A stretch of DNA of 64,000 nucleotides from Chrysomallon squamiferum (taxonomy: Eukaryota; Animalia; Mollusca). The position numbers were made by a program, and so were the translations under genes. The notes under the pieces were generated by a model. It ran no database searches. It was not told the origin of the DNA and was given only the letters and a program-made list of their open reading frames with translations. The stretch lies in the NCBI GenBank assembly GCA_012295275.1, contig CM022665.1:13578001-13642000 (forward strand), in the 5' to 3' direction. Below, piece by piece: positions 1-13,900 of the stretch (the stretch's first letter is position 1; every line of letters starts with the position of its first letter).

Positions 1-532
1 TCAAGTATAATAATTAAAGCTGTTTAACATTGCGTTTTAAATGCTGCAGCTGTGAAGAATATTTCTTATTCCTCTGTCTGTCATCTAGTTAGGCTACTTG
101 TTTGTAATTTCTCACAGTGTAATCGGTATTGTCCTCTCTTTTCTTTTTCTTTCCCAATTTTTTTCTTTTTTATTTTTTTCCCTCGGCCATTTTTAACCTA
201 TACTACTAATTCTTGTATTGTGTCGCAATTTGTTTGTAATTCTTTTTTTTTTTTTTTTTTTTTTTTAAATATTTCATCCAATTTGTTGGAACCACTCAGG
301 GACAGTTGTTACGGACAAACAATTTCGGATTATGGATGGTCTAGTTATTTTTCTGAGTTAGTATTCTCATGGGGGAATTATTTCTTCCGTGACTGCTTGG
401 TATTACTCCCCCAAATTTTAGTTTTTATGTGATGTCAAACAGCAAAATTGACAGTTAAATAAATATAAGTTAACAAAATGGAAAAAAGAAGAAAAAAGAT
501 GTTAGTTATAACTAGAAGAAAAAAAAAAACTC

Positions 533-643
<111 letters not shown>

Positions 644-1597
644 CAGCAGCAGTAGCAAGAAAGTGCACGTTGAGACAGAGGGAAAGAGAAAGCAACAAAT
701 TTGGAGAGAAAATATTCTGTGGGATAAAGACCTATGGACAGTTCGGGAGTGAAAATAAGATAGAAAAAAAAGTCACACACTTCAAGTAATTAGTGTCATC
801 CTGTAATCTTCATTTTGTTACTAACTTAATATAGCACATTGCAGTTTGTTACTAGTGACTGTAACGTAAATTTCAGTAACTGTTTCGAATGTGTCCAAAC
901 AAATAAATAGTAATAATTTTCTCTTCTTCGTCATCTTTTCTTCTTCGTTTTATTATTATTATTAACGGTAATAGTAGTTTATGTTGTAGTAGTATATGTT
1001 TGACGCAACAGTCGAAGTTCCAGCAGCAGAAACAATCCCGTCAGTTAAATTTTTATTTATTTTAAAAACAAATCCTATTCCACTCCATTTGTCAATCACC
1101 ATATTCATTCATCAGTTTTCAGTTTGTAGTTAAGCAACAGAAATAAATGTTTTTAACTTCTTCTTCTTTCTTTTTTTCCTACACGCACGAATACGTTCAC
1201 ACGTACCATTCAAATGTCCGTAAACCTCAATAAAATATCTCGGTAATCAGATTTCTTTGAATTCCGGTCTATTTTCTGTTTCTGATGCCTGTCGTGTATT
1301 TTCGGTAGTCGATAAGTGTTATCTTATATCTGTGATTTAAAACACACAATTGGTACAAATTATGTTCATCTGTTGAATACGTTTTGATAACAAGTATCAG
1401 AATGTGTCTAGAGAACACGCAGTTTTTTTTTATCTAATAGTTACGCTGAAGATAGGCAGCTATTTAATATAGAATGCGGTGCTAAAGTTTTTCAATGTTT
1501 CCCATAATCCAAATTTTACTTAATTTACTCAAAAATTTGATGACATGATTAATTTATATAAATTGTATTTCGTGATTGTGATTTTTTTTTTTTTACA

Positions 1598-1600
<3 letters not shown>

Positions 1601-1678
<78 letters not shown>
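1601..1678. repeat. (TC)39 microsatellite
   Basis: Perfect dinucleotide run. Confidence 0.98.
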
Positions 1679-1681
<3 letters not shown>

Positions 1682-2224
1682 CTCTGTCTGCCTTTCTCTC
1701 TCGAACACACTTACATACAGACTCTACGCATGGAGCCAATTTATTAATAACGTATTCAAATCATTTCTCCGAGAACGCAGGCTCAAATACCCGTGATGGT
1801 ACACGCGTGTGCAAAACACATTCTCGTAGACTGGGGAAGACAGATTGAAACCTGGCACTGTTATACGATAAACACGCAGCACGAGAAATTAGATCACTGC
1901 TATACTTGCGTTTTGATAGCTCGTCTTTGCACGTATGGTTTTGTTTTTAAAGTGGCAACGGAGGTATTAAATTAAGCAACAGAATTTTATGTGAGAAAGA
2001 CATTAGTGGCATTGATGTATATGCCCCTGGGGAGGTGTTCAACCCGTTCCTAAGCACTTTTCTGCCCGTGTGCAGATAACCGAGGCAAATGTATATCTTT
2101 TGCGAACATTCCCTGGGATTTTAAATGGTAGTTTTTCGTTTTGTTCGTAATTGTTCATAAAGTCAGTTTGATCCGCATAGACTGATGGTGCCACAGAACT
2201 TTGACTTAAACTAAATAACGATCT

Positions 2225-2300
2225 ACACACACACACACACATCAATTTGTTTGTTTGTTTGTTTGTTTGTTTGTTTATTTATTTATTTATTTATTTATTT
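2225..2300. repeat. Compound (AC)n-(TTTG)n-(TTTA)n microsatellite
   Basis: Adjacent short tandem runs read directly. Confidence 0.9.
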
Positions 2301-2819
2301 ATATTAATTTTTTTTCATGTTTCTATATCCACGAAAAGAAAGATAGTATACCGAAATACATGTAAGGTGGACGGATTGTTGGACAAAAGGTTTTAACTAA
2401 ATTTACATTTTAAGCTGTTCGCTTCTTTTTTTTATCATTATTTAATTCAGTTTAATAAACTTGGCCTAGGATGTTTTGGCCAGGCCTTTATTCAAGGGAG
2501 GCTGATTCGGCCTGAATTTTTTATACTATTATTTTTGGAAATGTTCATTATATCGATAAAAAAATAGTGAGGTAAAGGATTATTTCACAATACAAAAGTG
2601 TGTGAAATTTTATTTCTTAAAACTATATCTGGACCTGTATATTATGTCTTGGAAATTTAAAGTGCTTAATTATCGTGTTAACAAATATATTATTTTAAAA
2701 AGACAATGATTTTCATTTTTTTTCTCAAAATGAGAAACATTGTTTAATATGGCCAAAACGTCCCAGTTTTAAAGACCAAAACAAATACATTCGAAATAGT
2801 GATATAAAGGTGCATATTT

Positions 2820-2820
<1 letters not shown>

Positions 2821-2894
<74 letters not shown>
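2821..2894. repeat. (TG)n microsatellite
   Basis: Dinucleotide run with one CG interruption. Confidence 0.97.
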
Positions 2895-2897
<3 letters not shown>

Positions 2898-3275
2898 ATA
2901 AAGTGAGAGACAAAAAATGGAAAAAGAACAAAGAAAAATAGAAATGGAGAGAAAAAGAAAGTGAAAAGTTTAACAGAGAGCATCATCATCATCATCATAA
3001 TAAATAAATGAATTAATAAATAAATAAATACTAAAAAATTAGAAAATATAAATCAAATATAAAAATATCCTTCCAAAACTAAGAATAGATGACAATTTCA
3101 TTATTATCTGAAAGTGAATGTATGTGTCACTTTATTTTTTAATCTTAGGAGCAGGATAAATTCCCGTTGGTCGTAGGCACTTTTTAGTATTAAAAACTAT
3201 TACGTGTCAAACACATGGGTCATTTTTAGTGGATTTTATATTTATTTATTTATTATTATTTTTTTTTTTTATTAT

Positions 3276-3315
<40 letters not shown>

Positions 3316-4883
3316 TATATATTTTTTTCTTCATTAAAATAATAATAATAATAATAATAAAAGTAATATATATATATATATATATTTGTATGTATTATTA
3401 TTATATATGTATTATTATTTATTTTTTTAATAAAGAAAAGTGTAATGACAAGACAAAAACCTATTTATATATTTATTTGTTTGTTTGTTTGTTTGTTGTT
3501 GTTGTTTGATTTTTTGTGTTCTGTTTGTTTATTTGTTTCTTTGTTTCTTTATTTCTTCATTATTTTAATATCCACACTTATTAAGTTAAACTGCATGCTG
3601 AAGAAGAAGAAAACATTATGATAATTTAATACTCATACTTGCATTCATCATTCAGGATATTATGCAGTAAGCTAGAGTTAAACATTAGGTGATTTCACTC
3701 CCTTGGCAGGGCCAAACGTTCAAAAGAAGTGCGACTTGAAAACTGAAAAGAATCAATTATATTTCTGCATTTTATTTTTTATTTTTTTGATATCAATTAT
3801 TTACAATAAATTAAAACCCAGTTTGTTTTAATTAGATCTAAACAATTAAAATAAATAAATAAATAAATTTAAGTAATAATTATACAATTATAATATCTTT
3901 TAATGAAGAATAAATTCTGGTATGCAGACAGTTTTCCTGATTTTCGAAAGGTTTTTCCGGACCAAAAGAGGTTATATAATAATAATTCAACAATACAGCA
4001 CAAAATATATTTCTCCCTTATCTCTAAAGTACCAAATACCTCTAACTATTTAAATTAAACAAATAGTAATTGATAATTAAGTTTATTTATTAATGAAATA
4101 AGATTATTAAATTTAAAAAAAATATATTAAATGTCAGTTAATGAATTTCAAATGCCAGTCCTTAAAAACTGATTCAGGACCGTTAATGTCCGGAAAATTT
4201 ATTTTGTATCTGTAATACAAAGACTTTTATTATTATTTATTTATTTTATTTTTTATTCTTTTTTTTAAAATTTTTGTTGTTGTTTTTTTTTTTTTTTTTT
4301 TTTTTTCTTCTTCTTCTTTTTATTGATCACGTTAAGGGGAGAATATTCAAGATATTATATTTTCTTATATTATATTTGTGTTGGTTAACTCGAGATTAAA
4401 TAATATATATTATATAAAATCTAGTTAATGAATAAAAATATATAATACGTTCATATACGTTCAAGCTAAAGTATTTATTTTTATTCATACAGCATGTTTT
4501 ATATTATGAACTGAAATAAAGTTATTTGCATCTGAGTTAGAGAACATACACATCCCGTTAATATACACCACTTGTCCGATATAAACCAGTTTGTAATTTA
4601 TGATTCTTAGTAATGCATAATTTTAAACGAAAATATGTTTGTTTCTGAACGTTAATGTTTGCCTGATGACAGTAAAATAAAAATACATCTATTTTCTAAT
4701 ATTTTCAGTTGATACAAATGTCGTGCCAGTTTTGTACCAATAAATGAGTATTAGTACAGGTTAAGTAATTTGTCAAAAGGTTTATGAAAATATCTGCTAT
4801 TAGCTGTCAGACATGATTAATCACTATTACAATATCTGAAAGAGTAAACTTGTTGAAATCGCTCCGTGAGATGATCATGAAGA

Positions 4884-5028
4884 GCGGATCCAGAATTTCA
4901 GAAAGGTGGGGGTTAGCATATTTGTAATGCATATAACATCCTAAAATGAATGAGTTTCTTATGAAGAAAAAAGCTCTAAAAGAAAAAGACAGAAAGGGTC
5001 ATACGATACCTTCCCCTTTCTGATCCGC
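4884..5028. mobile_element. Degenerate small MITE-like element with GCGGATC inverted termini
   Basis: Left GCGGATCCAGAA followed by a G-run; right C-run followed by TTTCTGATCCGC. About 145 bp. No clear target-site duplication. Confidence 0.4.
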
Positions 5029-5100
5029 ATAAACTACTTCAGTCTTAGTATGAAGATATTTAATGCATTTTCCTTCCTGTTGACAAGTAAGATGATATTA

Positions 5101-5169
5101 CGGGCCACACAGGAGGTTTGATCTCGTGACCCATCGCACGCCAAATGAGCGCTCTACCACTGTGCCACA
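5101..5169 (-). mobile_element. tRNA-derived SINE head (truncated)
   Basis: Minus strand TGTGGCACAGTGGTAGAGCGCTC...GAGATCAAACCTC has a Pol III A-box (TGGCACAGTGG) and B-box (GATCAAACC). It does not fold into a full cloverleaf and aligns with the copy at 5876-5940. Confidence 0.65.
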
Positions 5170-5865
5170 AACTGATAAGTATTGTCCCAGACTTAAGTTG
5201 AACTGTTTGCAAACATGACGCGTATTTTGTAGAGCTGTTTGAGTACAGTCTTACGAAAACAACGATATATATTTCTACAGACTATGGCTGAATGAGATAA
5301 CTTTGAAAGAAAAACAGTTTCAGTGTGTGTACGTACAATCAGACGACACTGTCTGAAATGGATTAGTATCTAAACAATAGGCAAGCCAAATGATTTTGTT
5401 TTGGTTTCAGTGATCGTATTAATAGAAGAAGAAGAAGACGACGAAAATGAAGAAGAAAATTAAAAAGACACACGATTCTAACGTTTTATCCACTGAACAG
5501 CAGCCAACTTCCATTTTGAACTTTCTATCGTTCAATTTCCATGTTCTACCGTTTGCGATATGCTTAGATTATATTTTGATATGCCAATTACTGATAAATT
5601 CTTGATTGGGGTGGTGTAGAAAGATCACTGGCGCTTGTATATTATCCTAAATAAAATGTTTGTTTTTGTGTACGTTTATGTTATATTACTATACATGACA
5701 TTCCTGTATAATTTATATCTGAATTATATTTTAAAGTCCCGTTTAATTTCAAACCGAATCCGTTTATTATTTATTAAGAAAGTCCTCTATTTGTATAAAA
5801 ATAGCTTTAATAAAATATGTTACATTTGCTTTGACAAAAAAGATAATTATTGCAGTATTATGAAA

Positions 5866-6130
5866 TGAGCAGCTTTTGCTCAGAGGTGGAGCGATCGCTT
5901 ACGAGCGATGAGTCATTAGATCAATTCTATTCATTGCGCCGTTTTTAACCATTTCCTATTCCAGTCTGTGCATCACATACGGGTGTATCAAAGGCTACTC
6001 TGTAAAAGTAGCCTATGGAAATTTCTGTGGGTTTCCTTTCTTTTGTTGTTATTATTATTATTATTATTAATGTTTGATGCCTAATAACCATGAAGAATGT
6101 GTTGCAATACCCATTAAACCAATATTCATT
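5866..6130 (+). mobile_element. tRNA-derived SINE, degenerate, near full length
   Basis: A-box-like TTGCTCAGAGG and B-box-like GATCAATTC. Head is homologous to 5101-5169. Body CCAGTCTGTGCATCAC...GTATCAAAGGC...GGGTTTCCT resembles a gastropod tRNA-SINE as I recall it (not database-verified). Internal (TTA)n expansion. Confidence 0.6.
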
Positions 6131-7499
6131 TCCGGTTATGATACCTGTACCTATTATGGATTACAGTTCAAGATAATTATAAATATATACGGCGCCAGAG
6201 TTAATAGTAATTATGTGTGGCTTGAAATCTTACCCATCTGTCGCACCGAACCTCCAAACCAGTAAGTCTGTCCCTGCTATCACGGCGAATGCAGCGCGTG
6301 CATGAAATCACTTCCACAAACAAGATTAACGGAATATCTGCCCTATCGGAAATGCAGCGTTCCTATACATGTTTCATGTCATATCATAATATTTACCCAG
6401 TCAGGTGAAATGTCTGCCAAACTCCGGCTGTGGTATGCTACTTACACGTATAATCAATGAACAATGTGCGGCAGTGGAAAACAAGATTATATTTTATGCT
6501 TTGTTTGTTGCATGGTTTATATTTATGGAACACTTGTTCTTAGCTAGATCAAGTGGATTTAGTTATAGAAAATCATACTGCAGCACCGCCTCGAGCTGAC
6601 TTTTGAGTTCAGCTGTTGTGGAATAAAAAAAATCTACATTCTTCATACAGTAAAATGGGATCTGATTTATAATTTCATATTGATTTTACCGATCTGACCC
6701 AAGAATTAGACTGGATTTTTGTTTTGCTTCCGTCTACTCCTTCTTTAACATTTTAGATGAAATGATGATGATGATGATGATGATACAACCCCAAGATTAT
6801 TTATTATTTTATTATTATTATATTGCTTTTACTTCGTGTGATTTTATTTTTAATTATAGAAAACCTTACTCAAAATAATTTAGAGAAACATTAAAGGTAC
6901 AGCCCGCCACCACTACTACTACCACTACCATACCACCAACCATAGCAAAAACTATAATAGTAAGAAGATATAAATTAAATAAAAAATTCTAAATATTGAT
7001 CAAATGTACTGCGATAAAATGCATAAATATTATAATTTATAGACCAATGCACCTACGATTTACAATAGTTCTATCTGCTAGTTAATCTTGGAGAAACTTG
7101 ATATTCCAAATTCTAAGCGGAATATATATATACATACATTCACATACACACAGATACATATTCCGTTTTTAATTTTAACACAACAAAACAAATTTCCTAT
7201 TTATTTTCTTTGTTAAACCAAAAACTGGGATAACAGTTATTGCAGAAAAGAAAAATTTGAATGGAAATAACTGAAATATGCTTGACTAACTATATAAATA
7301 ATTTATACGATGTTGGATTGTTAGATCATTAATTAATTAATACATTTCGGATTAGAAGGAATCACTGCCTTGTTAATAAATATTTGTACACTAATGTACT
7401 AGTTTGCAGATAGCTTGATTAAATTCATTATGTAACTAATGCATAATCACATTTCTATTTATAACTATCTTACAAATGATCATGGCTTTTCATTAACGA

Positions 7500-7925
7500 G
7501 CTGTAGTCCTTCCCACCAGTCGCCAAAGGCGTCTCGTTGATTGGACAGAACTATATTAAGGGGGAGAATCTAATTGACAGGTGTTATCAAGTAATAATTA
7601 TATATATTATTTCTTACGGTATTTGCGATAAGAAATAGTAATATGATTATTTGATAATTATATAAACAATAGATGTTGATATCGATTAGTTAGAATATGC
7701 CTGAAAAACTAATAATAAGATCGGACTATATTTTGCAGTGCGCATCGCAGTAGCAAAGCGGCATATAGAGGCGGCCAGTTTGACAGGCTAGACGAAGTTG
7801 TATATTGGTGTGATAGTGGAAGTGCTGGGAGACTTTGCTGACGGAAAAAGCAGCAACTGACATTAAGGTTATGAATTACAGTGATATCGGACATATGAAA
7901 TTTCTTGAAAAATAAGACGAAGAAA
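7500..7925 (+). promoter_or_regulatory. Putative promoter and 5' UTR of the PTK7-like gene
   Basis: CpG/GC-enriched stretch just upstream of exon 1. Reverse CCAAT box (ATTGG 7540-7544), overlapping TAATTG/TGACAG/CAGGTG (7571-7583), TATA-like TATAGA (7764-7769), second TGACAG (7781). The transcription start cannot be fixed from sequence alone. Confidence 0.55.
7871..7915 (+). other. Short upstream ORF MNYSDIGHMKFLEK* in the putative 5' leader
   Basis: ATG at 7871, in-frame ATG at 7895, TAA at 7913-7915, ending 10 nt before the main ATG at 7926. Confidence 0.45.
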
Positions 7926-7959
7926 ATGTTGCGGCACCTGAGGTTATTCATATTTACCG
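7926..7959 (+). CDS. PTK7: PTK7/Off-track homolog, coding exon 1 (start codon and N-terminal part of signal peptide, MLRHLRLFIFT)
   Basis: AAAATG start at 7926 followed by a consensus donor G|GTAAGT at 7959/7960. It ends in phase 1, and G + TG from exon 2 gives Val, yielding MLRHLRLFIFTVFFTCHA-QD (basic n-region, hydrophobic core, C-H-A cleavage-like site). Lies in the CpG-rich region. Not in the ORF track; found by manual reading. Confidence 0.8.
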
Positions 7960-10900
7960 GTAAGTTTATTATGCAAAGGAAATGAGGCAAGTTCAACAAA
8001 ACCTCGTGCCGTCTGCAAAGACAGGGGTGTTAGAATAATAGGCTTCAACAGTTCAATACCTGGGGGAGCCCTTTTACACAGATACTTAGCCGTATGTTGA
8101 GAGCCAGGGAACCATTAACTCGCATCTTGTGCCGTATCTATTACATTAAAGTCTAAACCGTACCTTTCTTTTAGAAAACATTTACGAATATTTTTCTTTT
8201 CATGTAAATATGCAATTTAATACGTCATTGATGTGAAAATACATGAATGAATGAATCTATCTCTGCCTAAAATAGCAACATTTATTTACTAAAATACAAT
8301 TTCATTATTACACTGTAACATATTTTTTTTTTTAATTTAAAAAAATTAATAATTCTGTTCATAAACATTCTTTCTATGAATTATAAAATTAGGAAAACAA
8401 ATTATAATTAATATTTAGATACTACTGTAATTCATTTACCTTAGTATCGTTAATTGTTCATTAGTTTTAAACTGCTGAGAATTTGCATTCAAGTAAGCAA
8501 GTTAATAATGCAAGATATTTAAAGTGATAAACAAATAATTGTATTTTTAATATGTTGATAGGATAAATCAGTTAATGAAATAAAATAAGAAATTAAATAT
8601 ATAATGTAATAGGTAAAACATTTATTTTAAAATACATGTAAGAATTAAATGATAACATTTCACAGATACATAATATAATTTGTATTTAATATTTACTGCT
8701 AATATTTGATAAGCATGTTTGATGATAGTGATAAAATACTTACTAATTGTTATATATAGTTTGTTATTTTTAGCATTTTTAAAAATATTTTTTAAATGGA
8801 GAAAAATAGATTTTAGAAAAAGAAAAGATGATTATGCATTCTAAAACAGGCTGGATTATCTGAATTATGTATCTTCAGTTATTTAACTATTAAAACATCC
8901 CTCAGTAGAATCAGAAGAAAAGAATGTTATTGGTTGTTTTTTTTATTTTTTTTTTTATTTTCATATTTTGTGTCTCTGTTTATCAAACAGTTTTAAAGAT
9001 TAATTTTAAAATCCTTAACTCTTTAGACACTGGAGTAATTTTACTTGTTTTCATATTCACCAAACAGAACTTCATACCTCTTTTTCTCACTGTTTGGAAC
9101 TTTTTAAAAATTGTAATCTACTAACCCTCTGGTGCTTATTCTATTTAAAAACAAAATATCATTATTTTTCCTGAAATACAGGCCTCGTATAAACTATGTA
9201 AATGGACAATTATTATGATGATATTAATTTCAGTTATTTTTTTTATCACTGTTTGACAATCTTGAATAAATAAATTAAAACTAATAAAAGTAATTTGATA
9301 AACAATTAGTTTTTGTTCATACTAATGAAAGTACCTTTTTACCAGAAAAGTTATGAAAAATATTATCTTTGTTTGATATTACTGTGAATCATTTTACTAT
9401 TAAGCAAAATTAAAATTATGTAGACATCAATTACCATCTTCCTATATTAAAAAGTAAAAATAAAGAAATAAGTAAAAATTAGAAAACTGATTATCATTTA
9501 AACTTTGCTAATAACATTTAAAAGTAATTGCTACATATTAAATTATTTTCTGTCTATTAAGAAATCAAATTTTTAATCAGATGTTAGTATATTGTACTTA
9601 CCAGAAAATAAACTTTGAGATAGTATTAAATATTCAGTATCATAACATTTCAGAGAACTCTAATTCTATTTCATGTAAAATACCTACTTCTGCATTTACC
9701 TGTGAACAATATATAAAACAGTTCTGTCTAGTACACACTCCTCAGTAAATAAAAAAATGTGTATGTATGTGTGTGTGTGTACACACACACAATGCAGTAT
9801 TAAGATATTCACTTGAAATAATAAAAAAAAAAAAAAAAAATTAAATTACAAATTCTACATATTACTAAGATATAAAGTAAATGTATAAATTGGTAAATAC
9901 ATTTTCTACTATCTGTTTCATGGCATCTAAATATAAAAAAACTAAATTCTATCATTCTTTATAGATAAAATAGTAATTTTATTCAATATTTTAATCTTAT
10001 TTGAAAAGCATTCACAAAGAGTGTGTGAAAAACAAACTATGAAGTTAAAAATGTAGTCCATTTCCAGAAATGATTTCCTATGGTTACATTAATTACCTTT
10101 ATTATTAGAAATAATTTTACAGATAATAATTTGCTCCATAATCATTTTTCCAAAATAATTAGCATCAAAGACTATGTGAGCAATAGTTATCTGTTAATGT
10201 ATGGTTAAAAGATCCTTAAATCTGTGTTCATATTTCATAGATTATCTATATTATGTAATATAAAATAAACATTTAATAACAGCTAATTGGTGAATATGAA
10301 TTTGCTGGCTGTTTAACTTTGGTTTATTGGTTCCCTGTGTAAACAGATGAACACTATCTCTCTTTCTCTCAGGTGGACTGGAATGCCAAGTAGCAACCAG
10401 TCAAGACAGCAGTTGAAAGTCTCTTGTACTTTGTGGATCTTGTTTCATAATACACACAAGTTAGCAATGTAATGTTAATTGTTTTCAGATGGTGCACCAT
10501 GCCATTTTGTTCTGCCAGTGATGGTTCGCATATTGAACATATTACATGTTTCTCCATGGCATGGGGGGTATTGGTTACCAAGTTTATATCTATCATGTCT
10601 TTCTAAGATCATTGTGAAAAGCATGTTTTCTCTGTGGAATATGAATGGAAAGATCAAAGGCTGCCTGTCTGTCTAACGTTTGCTTTTGATTGCTTATCTT
10701 CTTACACTCATTTCACGGTAATAAAATGAAGCGAGGTTAAAAATTAACAAAGTGCAAAACAGTGTTGGGATAATTATTATGCAAAAATTATTGCCCGTTT
10801 GTATAATACTGATTTACAGGTCCTTCTTAAACATTATGCTTTCTTCAAACACAAAAATGTTTATAACTTTCATTTTCTGTTCTTTAAATAATAAAAACGG

Positions 10901-13900
10901 TGTTTTGGAACCACTTAACAAAATTTGAAACATCTGTTTATGCACATTATAATAGTCTTGAGATCTTTAATTAAAGTTATCCTTTAAAAAACAAATTTAA
11001 ATGTATTACCAACCTATAGTTACATTTTCTGTACATTCAAATTTTGGACCAGGACATAATATATCAAGGAGTTCTGAATAACAAATTATGGTTATAGCTA
11101 AACCATCCATACTAATTATTCTGTTAAATTTTTTAAAAATATTTCTCATATTTTAATTTTTTTTTAAATGACTTGTGCTGCTGATATAAATTAAATGTAT
11201 GCATGTATGAAATAGATGGGTTTTTTAAAGATGATTTAGCCTGTACAACACCTGAAAAATACTAACTTGACTCAAAGAATGTATATAAAAACATACCTAT
11301 GGTAGCACAATCCCAGTATTTAAATTCTAAAGTTTGAATTCTAATTTTATTTAACATGTAATGATTTATTTACAATACCTGAATAATAATTATCTTTTCT
11401 CTGACACAGGTTAAAACTTGTAGCTCTATAAAAACTAAAATAATTGCTCTGAAAGATGAATATTAGATTCAGAATTTCATTTCATTTTCAGATTTTACTT
11501 TTACTGCACTAATATTTTGGACAGCTTTATATAAATTAAAAAAAAAAAAAGTTAAAAACAACACAACAAAAAAACTCCAGTCTATTTATTAATGGGACCA
11601 AAATGATAAATAACAGATTACAGATTTTATTAGATTTCATTTCACCATATTTAAAATAAGACAAATAGAAATACATAAAATAACTAATGCCATCAACCTT
11701 TGTTTTGCTTTATCCTCATCAAACCTTCTGTCATTTGTTCCTCCTACCTCTGTTTTACAGCTTGAATTCCATGCTGGTTAAAGATCAAAATGTTTGCCTT
11801 TTTTTTGACATTTGTGAAGGCTTGGAGGCCCAACTCTGCTCCGATTAATTGGACAAGAAGGTTTACACCTGATTATCTGTATACAAGATTAGATGCTTTC
11901 CTCTGATAGTCTGCAAGGCAACGCTAGCTCCTGTCAGTATTTTTAGACAAACACCATCTTCCTGTTTGTGTACATGGGATTCTTTTGGAAATTGACACTG
12001 CTTGTGCAATAACCCTGATTATTTTTGTACTCTTTGCTTTTGAGACTGCTTTCTTTGATTTTTTGACATTAAACAAGAACTCTGTTTGTTATATAGGATT
12101 ATTTGCTGGTTTTCACTTTCCGGAAAAGAAATAAACATGCTTTTTTTTTTTTTTTTAATTTTCTACTTTGCAGAAATACACAAAAAATTGTCTAGTGATA
12201 AAAAACAAACATTATCTAGTTGTTATACTACTGAAAAATAAAAGCCATACATTTTTAACCTGTTATTTTTTATGCACAAAATTTCTTTTCTATTTTGTAT
12301 GCAAAGTGGCTCTTGAAAATATAAATTCTTTATTTTCCCATAAATGAATTAGATATTGGGATTATTTGCAATTTGAAATGCTTGAAAGTAAAAACTAATT
12401 CCACAACACTTACAACATCTGTGCATTTAGATCATATATACATTAAATTTTTTAATCAGTTGATACAAATGTCCTAAAGATATATCCACCCAGTTCTTTT
12501 TTTTTTAAATATTTATCGTTATTTTCAAAAAAAAATTCTTCTTAAAAGTTCAGGTAATTTTCAAATTCTAAATTTTTACTTACTGACATAATTATTTTTT
12601 CCTCTTTCCTTCCTATTCTTAACTGTGGACCCTCCCCACCCACCAAAAAAAGCAAACTGAGATGAAAAGGAACTATTAATAAATTCTGAATTTTAAAACA
12701 AAAGCAACAAAACTGCACACAGTCAGTGGAACAATAAAATTATTAACTTTTCAAAATAACCAAATAACAGATCCACAAAAAAGACTTAACCAGTTGTTGT
12801 TGCTTTTTTTAATCTTTATCTGTACATTTTTTATTTTTTTTTAAGTCATCTTATTATCTTTTCACACTTTATCAAGTTATAAATAAGCCAATTTATCTTT
12901 ATTCTGTAATCCAATTTACCAAGTTTGTGAAAGAAAAAAAACATGACAGTAGCTGGATAGAAAATCTTTTCATTTTATTCCTAACTTTAAAATAGACATA
13001 AAAGATATGGGCATTGAACATCTTAGATATATTCTAATATTGGTATGTATTTTATGTCCTTGTCTTTATCTTTGTATAAAATAGTAATAATAAATAAAAA
13101 TTTAAAATGTGTTAAGACTAGGAAAATATTCATTTGGTGTTGACACTAAATTAGATATTTAAATGTATTAACAAAAACATGTTTACATGTGGTTTGTCAG
13201 TGTTTCAAAACCATTTACATTATAAGAAGAAAAAAAATGGACCTCGCTTTGATTTTTTTTTATGATTTCTTATGGGAAAAAAATGTGTTCACTGATGGGA
13301 TACCTGCTTTGTTCTTTACAGCTATGAGCAACTGCTATATGTGTGTCTGTGTATTTTGACAAACATTTTTTCAGATTAATCAAACTGGTGCAGGTTATTG
13401 ATAACAGATTCTGTTGAAAAGCATTGCAAGTATTACCAAAAAAACCTGCTATAAAATTTTAGTATTTTTAGATAGTGTACACGAATATTCTTAAAGGGTA
13501 TTTTGTTTAATGGATGAAAGTCAAGAATTTAAATAATATAATTTTATTTCTCACATTTGTATGAAACTAATTTTGCCAAAGTGGAAATGTATTTTATGAA
13601 TAGAAAAAAAGGAAATCATATGGTGATGCTGAAGACCTTCAAATAGTCCTGAACAATATTTTACAGATACTTGCACACATACACATGGTGCATATAAAAA
13701 TCAATAATAAAAAAAAAATGTGAACTACATATTATTTATGTAATTAAAATATAATAATAATAATAATAATAATTTAAGTAGAAAGAAGAAATTGATATTT
13801 TGGGTATTCTATATTTATGCGGGAAGGAAAAACTAGCATACAATCCCTATGGAATATAAAAAAGTATGATAATATACAGACAAAATATCTTCACGCAGTT

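Noticed and set aside
1720-2200. GC-richer upstream island with EBF/COE-like CCCCTGGGGA and TTCCCTGGGA motifs
   Set aside because: Imperfect matches and no independent support; the short ORFs here are not protein-like.
5101-5169. Possible tRNA gene on the minus strand
   Set aside because: A- and B-boxes are present but the acceptor and anticodon stems do not form; homology to nearby copies indicates a SINE head.
10360-10676. Acceptor-like sites (ctctcAG ~10372, ttttcAG ~10488) with a 65-aa ORF as a possible cassette exon
   Set aside because: No Ig or signal-peptide features, no clear downstream donor, and exons 1 and 2 already join in frame.
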